DNA from: the human T2T-CHM13v2.0 reference genome, Homo sapiens
Assembly (NCBI RefSeq): GCF_009914755.1
Contig: NC_060931.1
Direction: 5' to 3' (one strand)
Length of the DNA stretch: 64,000 nucleotides
How positions within the stretch are numbered: the first letter of the stretch is position 1; each line of letters opens with the position of its first letter. The notes under the pieces are model-generated. The model searched no databases, was not told the DNA's origin, and saw only the letters and a list, made by a program, of their open reading frames with translations. Positions 1-11,809 of the stretch are shown here, piece after piece. A program made the position numbers and the translations under genes.

Positions 1-60
1 GTTGGAAAAGCTTGGTCTACGTACTCCTTGTAATTTAGTAAATTATAAAAGCAGCATTTC

Positions 61-360
61 AGACAGGCGCGGTGGCTCACGCCTGTAATCCCAGCACTCT
101 GGGAGGCTAAGGTGGGCAGATAACGAGGTCAAGAGATCAAGACCATCCTGGCCAACAAGGTGAAACCCCATCTCTACTAAAAATACAAAAGTTAGCTGGG
201 CGTGGTGGTGCATGCCTGTAGTTCCAGCTACTCAGGAGGCTGAGGCAGGAGAATCTCTTGACCTGGGAGGTGGAGCTTGCAGTGAGCAGAGATAGCGCCA
301 CTGTACTCCAGTCTGGGTGACAGAGCAAGACTCCGTCTCCCAAAAAAAAAAAAAAAAAAA
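61..360 (+). mobile_element. Alu (AluSc-like)
   Basis: Dimeric Alu with GGTCAAGAGATC diagnostic, A-tail, partial TSD AGCATTTC. Confidence 0.93.
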
Positions 361-369
361 GCATTTCAT

Positions 370-1050
370 ATGGGAGAAAATAAATTGCTCAATAAATGGT
401 GTTGGGACAACTAGCCATTTATAAAAATAAAAAGCTGGATTTCTATTACATTCCTTTTCCAAATTCACTTCCAGAAAGATTAAAGATTTAAATGTTCAAA
501 ATAAAACCATAAAAATACCAGAAAAATGTGAGCAAATATTTTTGCAATTCTGAGCTAGGGAACTTGATATGATAATAGAAAGATTATTCCACTTAACTAC
601 AAAAAATGTTAAACCTGTACAATGACCAAAACCAAGTACTTGTCAAAAGATAAATGACAAACCACAAAAAATACTACAGTATAGAATTATTATCTTTAAC
701 ATATAAAGTGCTCCTCCAAGTCACTAAGACAAAAACAAATAATCCAATAGAAAATTGGTCTAAGGACAAGAAGAGGCAATTCACAGAAGAAATATAAATG
801 GTCAACTGATATGAAAAGATATTCAATTTCACCAAAAACTATGAATTGAACAATAAGATGTTTTCACCAGTGTGAGACTGTCTACAGGGAAAACTATTAC
901 ACCCATTAATAGAGGTTAATTACACATAAATATAACTTGATATAAGGCAGTAATATATTAATAAAAAGGATGCAACAGATATAAACATGGAAATATATAT
1001 TTATATATATTAATAAAAGTGAAAAAGTTAAGTTGCAGAACAATATGTAT
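370..1050 (+). mobile_element. Old L1 (L1M/L1ME) 3' fragment
   Basis: Degenerate L1 ORF2-end motifs (AATAAATGGTGTTGGGACAAC, CAATTCACAGAAGAA), A-rich. Confidence 0.6.
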
Positions 1051-1519
1051 ACCATGTTTCTAGCAAATTAAAGAGAATAGCACTTTAGCACTTGGCCAAA
1101 GCCATCCTCTTCCAATGCTGCTGGCCAAGTAAAACATTAGCTAGACTGTTCCCTCTGTAATCTTGAGCTTGACACCTTCACAGATCTAATCCCACTCCCA
1201 CAGCCGCAATAATCAACACTAGAGTCCAAAGTTCTAGTTCCTACTATCTAGCCATTTATAGTATGAGGTTTTGTTGTCATCCAGAATTCACAAGCCAATT
1301 AAATATTGCCAATTTTTTCTTCACGTTTCTGGTATCTAGCCTTGGAATGACAACTAGATTTCATCTATCGTGAACCTGGACAATTGGTAGTGGTTGCCTC
1401 TAGGAATACAACAGGTAGTTAGAAACCATGTCTGAACTCAGTAGGAAAAAATGCTGTGATTGTTGGTGTCTGCCATGGACACATACATCAAGGACTTAGT
1501 CCTTTTTTTTGCTATACAT

Positions 1520-1741
1520 CAGGGGTGTCCAATCTTTTGGTTTCCCTGGGCCACATTGGAAGAAGAAGAATTGTCTTGAGTCACACACAAAATACGGTAA
1601 CACCAATGATAGGTGATGAGCAAAACAAAAACAAAAAACTGCAAAAAAAAAACCCAAAATCTCAAACTGTTTTAAGAAAGTTTATGAATTTGGATTGGGC
1701 CACCTTCAAAGCCATCCTGGGCCGCAGGTTGGACAAGCTTG
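1520..1741 (+). mobile_element. MER30 (hAT-Charlie MITE)
   Basis: CAGGGGTGTCCAATCTTTTGG...TTGGACAAGCTTG termini. Confidence 0.88.
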
Positions 1742-2131
1742 CTCTAGAAGCTGCCACAATTCCAGGTTTCTTAGTCAGATCTGATGTGCTGAACTAATAA
1801 ATAAGAAATTTAGTAAACAATAAAGTATTACTCAATCCTTATTTCTATTATGAATAATAATTTCCAATTTTCTTTCTCCAGATCCTTCCTATCTTGAAAT
1901 TTCTTGAAGAAATCTTAGTGTTTCCTTACTTTCTAGGGAATAAAGTTCAATCCTTAAGACTTGAAGTTCAAAGGTCTTCCAAAATCTAGCCTCAATTTAC
2001 TCTTCAAACTTACCATCCACTATCTGCCCAAGCAAATGTCATTCTCAATTCTAGCCAACCAGTCTCCTCAATGCCTCCTAAAATTCTATACACATTTTCT
2101 ATCCCAAACTTTTGTTTACACATTTCCTGAT

Positions 2132-2496
2132 ATAAACACTCCCCAACTAATGATGGTTCCACTTACAATTTTTCAGCTTTACAATGGTGCGAAAGCAATA
2201 TGCATTCAGTAGAAACCATACTTTGAGTACCCATGCAACCATTTAGTTTTGTACTTTCAGTACAGTATTCAACAAATTATGTAAAATATTCAACACTTTA
2301 TCATAAAATGGGCTTTGTGTTACATCAGGTTGCCCAACTGTAGGTTATTGTAAATGTTCTGAGCACATTTAAGGAAGGCTAGGCTAAGCTATAATGTTTG
2401 GTGGGTTAGGTGTGTTAAATGCATTTTTGACTACAACATTTTCAACTTACGACAGGTTTATCAGGACATAATCCATCATAAGTAGAAGAGCATCTG
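2132..2496 (-). mobile_element. MER47A (Tigger family)
   Basis: Matches the MER47A body (GCTAGGCTAAGCTAT, TTCAACTTACGA) and ends GAGCATCTG-TA. Confidence 0.85.
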
Positions 2497-2615
2497 TACC
2501 TGATAAGCTGCTTGTTTCTGACATCAATTCTCTAGGCTATTTAAGGTTTTTCATATTCAAGTCCCACAATGATATACCTATCTCTCCTCTCTATTATTCA
2601 AATCTTTTATACATT

Positions 2616-2668
<53 letters not shown>
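2616..2668. repeat. Compound microsatellite (TA)n(TG)17(TA)n
   Basis: Read directly. Confidence 0.95.
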
Positions 2669-3267
2669 GCTGGTTTGCAGCATATATCTTTTTGTGCATA
2701 ATTTTTGTCTTCTTCAGCTATACAGTGAATAACTGAGGGGTAAAACCTGGATTTTCCTTACTGCTCCCTCATATTCCAAGATACTGGGAGGGTGTTATGT
2801 GCTTAGTAAGTCCTCAAGACTTGACTACGTTTCACTAATAAAAATCATTTCAGTTTCTAGCTAGTTTATGCATCAGTTTATGTATTAGTAAAGGAGTTGA
2901 TTGATAAGACATATATATCTCATACATATGTCAGATATATCTCATATATTATCTTTTATATATATATCTTTCATTTGATCACATTTTCTTGAGGGGCTTT
3001 TCTGTATTTACCTCTTCAACATTACAGTCAATTATTTGGTCTCTTTAAAAAAAGGGTTACAATTCCTCTACAGTGCATTAACTCCTATGAGAAAATAATG
3101 TTTTCTAATTAGTTTTACTCTCCTATATGCTATTATATCAGTATAACTCTCGAATACTTCTGAGACTACTAACATAGATGCAATAAATAAGATTTATTTT
3201 GTATTACACTATATTTATGAATATGGTTAAGCATGCCAAATGTCTCCTAATTACTAAATACTTAATA

Positions 3268-4166
3268 CAGCAGGTCCTCAAATAACATCCTTTTGTTCAA
3301 CATCATTTTGTTCAATGTCCTTTCATCATAACTTTTTTTTTTGTTTTTAAGAGACCAGGTCTTCCTATGTTGCCCAGGCTGGAGTGCAATGCCCTCATCA
3401 TGGCTTACTGCATCCTTGAATTCCTGGGCTCAAGTGAACCTCCTGCCTCAGCCTCTGGAGTAACTGGGACTACAGACATGGGCCACCACTACCAGCTACT
3501 TTTTCTTGTAGAGATTAGGTCTATGTTGCCCACGCTGGTGGCAAACTACTGGCCTCAAGTGATCTTCCTGCCTCAGCCTCCCAAAGCGCTGCGATTAAAG
3601 GTGTGAACCACCACGTCCAGCCCATTATTAACTTTGATGAGAAAAGAAAATCATTTTCAAGCTGGGGTCACTGTCTGTGTGGAGTTTGCAGGTACTCCCC
3701 ATGTCTATTGGGTTCTCTGGGTACTTGGATTTCCTCCCACATCCCAAAAATGTGCATGTTAGGTTCACTGGTCTGTCTACATTATCCCAGGATGAGCAAG
3801 TGTGCGAGTGAGTTGTGGGTGTAGGTATGAGTGCACCCTGCGATGGGATGATGTCCTGTCCAGGGTTGGTTCTTGCCTTGTACCCTGAGCTGCCAGGATA
3901 GGCTCCAGCCACCTGAGACTGAAGTGAAGTAACTGGGTAAATAATTATCTTGTTTTTATTACTCTTTCTTAAATGTGTTACAGCTCACATTTATTTCATT
4001 AATTAATATTAGAAGTGTTTTTGTCTTTATTTAGAAGTTTGGTGATATATGCTACAGAAACTTAGCTCTTGTTTATATCAATTACCCTATGGTAAAACTG
4101 GTTTCATTATGTGTTGTTTCACCTAAAGTCACAGTTTCCAAGAATCCATCAACGATGCTAGGTGAC
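3268..4166 (+). mobile_element. MER6/MER6A (Tigger) interrupted by an AluJ
   Basis: CAGCAGGTCCTC start and MER6 body GTGTGGAGTTTGCA...TTCCTCCCACATCCCAAA. Confidence 0.8.
3333..3622 (-). mobile_element. AluJ
   Basis: Diverged antisense Alu with CTCAAGTGA diagnostics. Confidence 0.9.
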
Positions 4167-5778
4167 CTATAAGAATTATATTTATAGTTAACAATGTATA
4201 TCCTATTACTGTCACTATGAATGTATAAACTTTTGTTTCTAGAACCTTTAGAGTAAGAGTGAACTCTATTAGGAAAGCTATGACTTCTAGACAGAATAAA
4301 TTATAACAAAGTTCAACCCTTATCTGCTCTTTTAAAATCTGTTTTTCTACTCAAAACTAGAATGGGCTACCATTATACTTCCATTAATATTATTTATTTA
4401 AAAAATCTATAGAATATGGACAAAAGTGAAATACATGAGATTACTACAAGCATGCATTTCCTTAGGCAAGTTTTGCTCTTACCAGTTTTTATAAAGACTT
4501 TTTAAAAATCTTACTATAGAAGACTAGAATACTGATACACATGGTAGGAATTGCTCAGCAGCAAAACAAATAGAACCCGGCTCCTCTGTACTTTGGCCAA
4601 CGCTTAAGTAGCTCCAATTCTATATGTTATGAGGAATCCTGAATGTCCTAATCAAACCTGCTCTCTAATCAAGACTTTATTTCCAGACTTTATAATCTGA
4701 TATTACTCATAGATACAATTTTTACATTAAAAGATAACTTTTTAAAAAAATAGTATATTTTAAATAAAATCCCTACAACTGTCCACAACAGAGAGATGGC
4801 CAAAGAGTGACTGGCAGAACTTGGTGAAAGAGACACTGTTCAAAAGGCCCAGTCACATCTTTTCCTCAAGAGCTGTGCTTTCTAATATCCAGAGCACAGC
4901 AAGAACAGAAGTTGAATAAGCAAGAAAGACAGTAAAAGATAAAACCCAGCCCTTTGCATCTTAAAAGCATGCCTAATTTTGGCATTCATTTGGGTTTCAG
5001 AAAAGTTCTGTCAAAGGTTCTAGTGTCTCTTGGTATGCTGTTTCAGGAATACAAAATTCACTAATATAATAAGCCATAATTTCAGCATGTTGTCCAGTGC
5101 ATTACAAAAAAATTTAAGAAAACCAAGATTATTTTAATCACACAAATGAATCCCCACAGTAACCTCAATCTTGAATCAGTCTCTAAAGTAATCAAGTCAA
5201 TTCACTATAACTATTAAGTCTACCACTGAAACTAAAAACCGATTTTTTTAATATTGGAAAATAAGCAGTAACATGTAACACCTATCATATCACTAATACA
5301 ATTTCATCCAGAATTAGGATTCTAGATGGAATTGGTTAACAAAAGAGAAATTCTTAAAAATAATTCCATCTTAACCAAAAAAGCAGTTTCTAATAACCCA
5401 AAAATACATTATAATTACAAATAATAATTCTAAGTTAGCTAAGAGTTGGTAATTCTACTACTAATGCTTTTTTATTCTGTTCACTCTGCTGTTTTAAAAG
5501 TGAAATGCCTATTAAATTACAATGCTTAGAAAAAGGTGAATTAAAAATGGGAATTTTCAATGAAATAATTCAGGATTATCTACCTTCTGCTTAGATATAT
5601 GCTATATTAGTCTCGGCTGTGCAAAACACATATATGCTAGAGTTAACATTAGGCCTGTTCTTTCCCTGCTAGAGTCCCTGGAATCTAGAATAGTTAAACT
5701 GATTAAGCATTAAAGCTGGAAAGACTGTGGAGTTATCTTGTCTGACCCTTCATTTTCAAATTAGAAAAGTGAAGTTCA

Positions 5779-6142
<364 letters not shown>

Positions 6143-9100
6143 TCAGGAACTCCTAACTTTTTCATCAGGACCCCTTTCTTCCTCTTCAATTAGCAGCCAC
6201 GGAGGCTCAGGCTGCCCAGACACTCCCCAAAGAGATACATTCAAGCTGCTCCTTAACTTTTAATTTACACACCTATAATTAACTGACTTTAAAATTGTTA
6301 ATTTACCTAAGTCAAAACAAATACAATATAGAGCTGAAAATTTTACTCTAAATCCTCCCTGCCAGTAACAGGAAATCTAAACTGAGCACTGAATAGTATT
6401 CATAACAACTTTCTTTCATATGCTCCTCCAAACTCCCAGAATACTTTGTGTCATGGACTCTAAGTATTTTCCATAATGATTGAATTACTCTTTGAAATCC
6501 TTGACTAAGCCCATTTTACAAATCTAGACATGAAGGCTGAGACTAGTTAAGAAATGTCCCTGTATTATATATATAGAGCTAAGAATAACCAGAAGTAAAA
6601 TTCATAACCCAACCCTGTTGGACTTTTCTGAATCTCTTCTTGTGCTTACAGCTACGCTGCGTCACATACATTTTTGTGCTCATCTTTTTCCTCTATACTA
6701 GACAAAGGTATCTTCTCATCTTTGTATATTCCAAATCCAGTGAATTTTAACTTTTATCTTTCCTTACTACTCAAGGTGAAATACATTCCCGGTCTAAACT
6801 TTCCACCAACAGTGCCTTACTCAGGCCATCATCAATACAATGATCCCTCTAAGCATATCCTTCCCTGTATGCCTATGTAAGAATCCCTACCCAACAGGTC
6901 TGATTTAGAACACAAACAAACTACTGTTAGACAACTGTTACCACCTATATTAGTTCAGCAGCACAACTAAACCATTTCGGTCGCTTAATAAATGAAGACT
7001 AAAGTCCAGATACCATGTGCATTAGAAACTGAAGGGCTTAACAACCTAATCAAGCAATAAGAAACGCAGAATGAGCTCCTAAAAAATAAACGAGTAATTA
7101 TAATTATTCAATCAATCAATAAGTATTCACTGATCTGGGAGCCAGAAGTTACAAAAATTATAGAAGACTACCTAGGCATAAAGTCTATCTCCAAGAATTA
7201 TATATAGTGAGGAAACAAAAAACTAAAGAAAATAAGCAAGTTAAAACAAGTGCTGAGGAGTTAAAGGAAATAAAGATTAAGGTTGATTAATAAAAATGGC
7301 TTAAGTATCACTAAATCTTGAAAAAACAAACCAGGTGAGTATGGCAGGGAAAGATAATGCTCAATAACATTATCAGCCCCAATCCATATAAACCAGATAT
7401 GGCTGTAGAGACGTAGTTTAATGTTTTATTTTTTCCTATTCCTTAGTTTCTCACTTATTCAGGACCATATATGTTGAACTTCACTTAGCAAAACTGCACA
7501 TACTCTTTATATAAAATTAACTGAATCACACTACATGAAAGGCAACAGATCTAACTACAAAATAAGACCTAGTAATCTTGTTTATAACCTTCTCATTCTC
7601 CCTTCATAATACTACCAGCTAATGAATGGCATCAGAACTATTTATGTAAAAGTACATATCATGTATTTATGTATTACAATGAAATCTCAATTTCCACAAA
7701 ATGAATTTTTAGAAACTGTGGTAAAACAAAAGATTTACTGATGATCTGCCTCCTCCATGAAGCCAATCACCAATCCAGAGTCTCATTAACATTTAGGCAT
7801 ATTTGCAGCGAATGAGAATAAAAATATGTTTCTGTGTACTTTTTCTGCTGGTGGTTATAATGCCTGCCTTTATTGAAACTCCCTTCCCTCACCTTCTATA
7901 TATAACTGGGACTAATTTCTGCTGGAGACTTTAATTGTTCTTGAATTCCCAAAGTACTCTCTTAATTCAGGCCCTCATCATATTTCACCTGCAATACTAT
8001 AAATCAACTATCTGATTTCCCTTGTCTTTCCCTCACAATCCTCAATCCACCTTCTATACTGCCTCCACCTTTCCCCTGAAAATTTTCTAAGTCAAATATG
8101 ATCTTGTGAGTCCCCATTAAATAGTGCAATACTTCCCCAACTGTATCTCCTTCTTAGTTGTGAAATGTACACTGGTATCTTCAGCGGTGAGAGAAATGCT
8201 GTACTAAAAGAATTTGGTTTAACTTAATTTAGCTTCAATTTGCAAAATATAGACCAAAAATTGAAGAAAAATCTATTAAGATTTCCAATGTGCTCAAGGA
8301 TTATCCTATCAGACAACGTGGACTTTAGCAGTGGTTTTCAAACTGTGATATACTTTAGAATTTTCTGTCAAGCTTGCTAAAAATAGACATGTCCAAGCTT
8401 CACCTCAGATCCAGTGATTCTGAGTAATATCTAGGAATTGGGCCTAGGCATATGCATTTCTCATAATCTCCACAATGATTCCAATTCATACCTAAATCTG
8501 AGAGCCCAAGCAGAAGCCCTCCTTGCTCCCTAACAAACCTAACAAACTTATTAGTAGGTCTCCTAACTTTTCAAGCTGTTTCATACCTCTCATCAGCCTA
8601 GGGAGTACCTGTTTAAATATAAATAATCAGTTATCCATTTTAAAAAGCTTTTAATCATCCTCTCTCCCACCATTCTCTCCTTTAATCCCCTAAACCTTTA
8701 TAAAAATAGTTTCCATATATTTATACACAGTCTTAATCCACACAACTACCCCATGAGATAGTATCCTTGTTTTACAGATGAGAAAACCAAATCTAGGATA
8801 GGAAGCTCAAGAAACTTGTCCAAAGTGACCCCCAGTTTGAACCCACATTTGCTGTTACAAAGCCAAGGCATTTTCTACTGTGAAAAGCAGCCTCTTACAC
8901 ATCACTCTGAAGCACTGACTTATCAGTTTACACGTTTCCCTTTTTAGACCTAGTAAGCTCCCTGAGGACAAGTATCAGCCCTTCCAGATTTTGACCTCAA
9001 CATTTATTCAATACATGTTTGTTGAATGAAAGAAGAAATGAAGCTCCTCCAGAGCTTCGACTATAACTGCTTCTGTTTCATTTCTTGAATTCTTAGGTAG

Positions 9101-11216
9101 AGCTCTGAGTACTGAGTATACTTCTGCCTAACACATTTGGTCTGACCTGTAAATCTTACTGCTGGATTTATTATGAGACAATATATTTCAGTAATGTTTT
9201 AAAGGACAAAAACAACCTGAATAATCAGCCAAGGGAGGAAAAGATTATTTCAAAAATTAAAATATCACTCTTACTTCACTCTCTATTAACTAGGGACTTC
9301 AAATATTGAAATTAGTATTTGCAACGACTTCATCCCACAAAAGCAGACAACTGAAAGTGTGGTTTTTAAATGACAAATTCAAAAGGTACAGTTGATTAAT
9401 AAAAGATGGCATAAAGAAATTAAGCACTGAATACTGAGAGCCTATTCAGCAATCCACTTACACTAACCAATGTGCAACATCATTTTTCTCTATCACAGTA
9501 TTTTTCCCCATCTGCCATTTTTCGAAACCAGTAAAACTACAGGTAAGCACAGAACAATTAGTATACTTGTGTATAAATGTAATGTCCTTTCTGCCTAAAG
9601 TTAATGTGTCTGGTATGTAGAACACAGCACAACTACTTCCTTTTTGATACAGGTTACATAGCTAATCTACTAAACCAGCAACTGAATTTTTTTCATTGGA
9701 GGTAACTAACATTCAAAGTGCTGAAGATTTTCCTAAACTGAGCATATGCAAACATTAGTGGTGCTTTAAGAATCTTGTATTTTAATTAGTTTTTGGTGAA
9801 AAAGGCAAAGTGGTTATTTCTTTAACACCACTTTTAGAAATAAATCAGTAACAGGAAAAAAAAATACCCTTCTAAAACAACATGATGTAGTGCAAAGTAC
9901 AATGGGATAGGACTAGGTGTGAGGAGTCCTGGTTTTCTAGTTCTGGTTACATTATTAAATTGCTGTATGACTTGGGCTCACTGGATCAGTTTTCTCATTT
10001 GTTGAAAAAAGTGTGTGTGAATGGGGAGGGGCTTAAAGTTGTTACCCAAAATTCTCGTTTTGAGCCACTCCTCTTGTTTCATCCTTCTAATCAGGAAACT
10101 CAATGTTCTCTAAGGTCTAAATTCCGAAATATGAAACACATCTGAAATTGAATGGAACGATTCAATCTCCAACCGGATGGCACAAGATACAAAGGGTGGA
10201 CTCCTATGAAGTTAACAATGAATCCAATAACTTTCCAGAAATTGTCTAATCCTAACTTCTTAAAGAAGCAGGTGAAATCTGGTTTGGCATACCTAATATT
10301 ACTTAAAGGAGTTATAAAATGGTATTGCTTTGTTGAAATTTCCGTGTTTTCTGGGTTCCAGTGGCACATACTCTGCAGGTGCTAGCAAAGTGGAGAGAAA
10401 GGGATCCAGCCAGTATTTCAACAAACCACACTTCAACCCAGTCACCGCAGTATGATCCCGACAAGGCCTACACCACAGAGCAGAACCTCCCCACCCCCAG
10501 AATTGCCAGCAGCCAATGTAATGAATGCTTCCGTCAACAACACACATTCCCCTTCCCACAGCAGAACTGCTCGCTCCCAACCGGCCATCTGGGGTTGGAA
10601 TTGGCCGCACAGCACCAAACTAAGAATCATTCTCGGCCCCAAAAGCCAAGAGCTACCAGAGATTGAGGTTTCCCTGCGCATGGCTGCGGGGAGAGCAGCA
10701 CCCCCTCCCACCAATGGGGGGAAAAAAAAAATCAGTGGGAAGGAGAGTAGAAACCAGGCCTAGGCAAGGTTGCTAGAGAAATAAATCTTGTTTCTCTTTA
10801 ACGAAGAGCAATAACATTTCTTGCACCCTCTCTAATCCGAAGAGAGCCCAGGCTCTTGCACTCGACTTCATTCCCTCCTGGAATCCTAATGGGAGATTAA
10901 AAACCACCTTCCTTCCCCGACCTATCCACTCCTCAAACCTGGCATTGTTAAGGAACGTACCCCCAGATCAAGCAGTAAGAGGTGAAGCGAGAGCTAGAAC
11001 AAGGGCCCAGATTCTAGGACCAAGCGGCTCTTGCAAGAAAATCCCCTTGTGGCCTGAGAATAAAGTTTTAACCAGCAGCAAGGGCGCGGGCCGAGGCCCG
11101 GCCAGGCTGGAGGACAGGCCTGCGGAGGTGACACTCCCTTATTCTCCAGCAGCTCGGGAAGGCGGCGCCCGACCGCCACGGCCCGCACCCTGGGAGCAGG
11201 GCGAGGGCGCCGACGA

Positions 11217-11239
11217 GGGGCCGGGGCCGGGGCCGGGGC
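11217..11239 (+). repeat. (GGGGCC)3GGGGC hexamer repeat, potential G-quadruplex
   Basis: Read directly: four G4 runs with CC loops. Confidence 0.9.
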
Positions 11240-11356
11240 TGGCGGGAGGCCTGGCCCGCGCCGCTCCCGCCTCCTTCCCCACTCCCACTTCCCGGCCCCC
11301 AAGCCCGGGCCCGTGAGGTAATGTCACGGGTGGCGACGCGGGTCTCGTCCACTGAC

Positions 11357-11473
11357 CACACATTTCTTGCCGAGGAAAGTGAAGAGGGACTCGTTCTCCT
11401 GCGGGGTGAGCAACAGGGACCCCACGTTGGTGACCCTCCGCGGCGGCGGCGGCTGCTGCTGGACGGAGCTCAT
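11357..11473 (-). CDS. WASL: WASL (N-WASP) exon 1 coding part, aa 1-39; the gene continues beyond the left edge of the window
   Basis: Translates to MSSVQQQPPPPRRVTNVGSLLLTPQENESLFTFLGKKCV, the N-WASP N-terminus. Start context gaaaccATGa. 117 nt, phase 0, followed by donor GTG|GTCAGT (GT at 11356-11355). Confidence 0.98.
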
Positions 11474-11806
11474 GGTTTCGCCGGCGGGGTTGGGAGTCCA
11501 GGGCCGTCTCCTCCGGCGAGTGGGCGAGAGCTCGTTCCCCCTCTCGGTGACAGGGGCGGGGAGAAGTGGAGTCAGAGGCGCCACATCTCGCAGCTCCTCC
11601 GGAGCGGGGAGGAGGACGAGGTCGAGGGAAGCAGGCGCTGACGGCGAGCCACCTTCGCGCCGCGCTGAGAAAGGGAAGCTCCCGGCACCCGCCCGGCCAG
11701 GCTAGGGCCGGATGGTCGTTGTCCTCGCACTCCGGCGACTGCGCTAAACTCCCAACTCCTCCCCCAACCCTCCCGCACCGGCGGCGGCGGCCGCACAATC
11801 CAACAT
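11474..11806 (-). other. WASL: WASL 5'UTR (exon 1); TSS position approximate, about 11740-11810
   Basis: GC-rich sequence contiguous with the start codon, ending at the YY1/GC-box cluster. The exact TSS cannot be read from sequence. Confidence 0.7.
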
Positions 11807-11809
11807 GGC

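Noticed and set aside
11324-11356. ORF-track continuation VSGRDPRRHP after KKCV
   Set aside because: Read-through into intron 1 past the GT donor.
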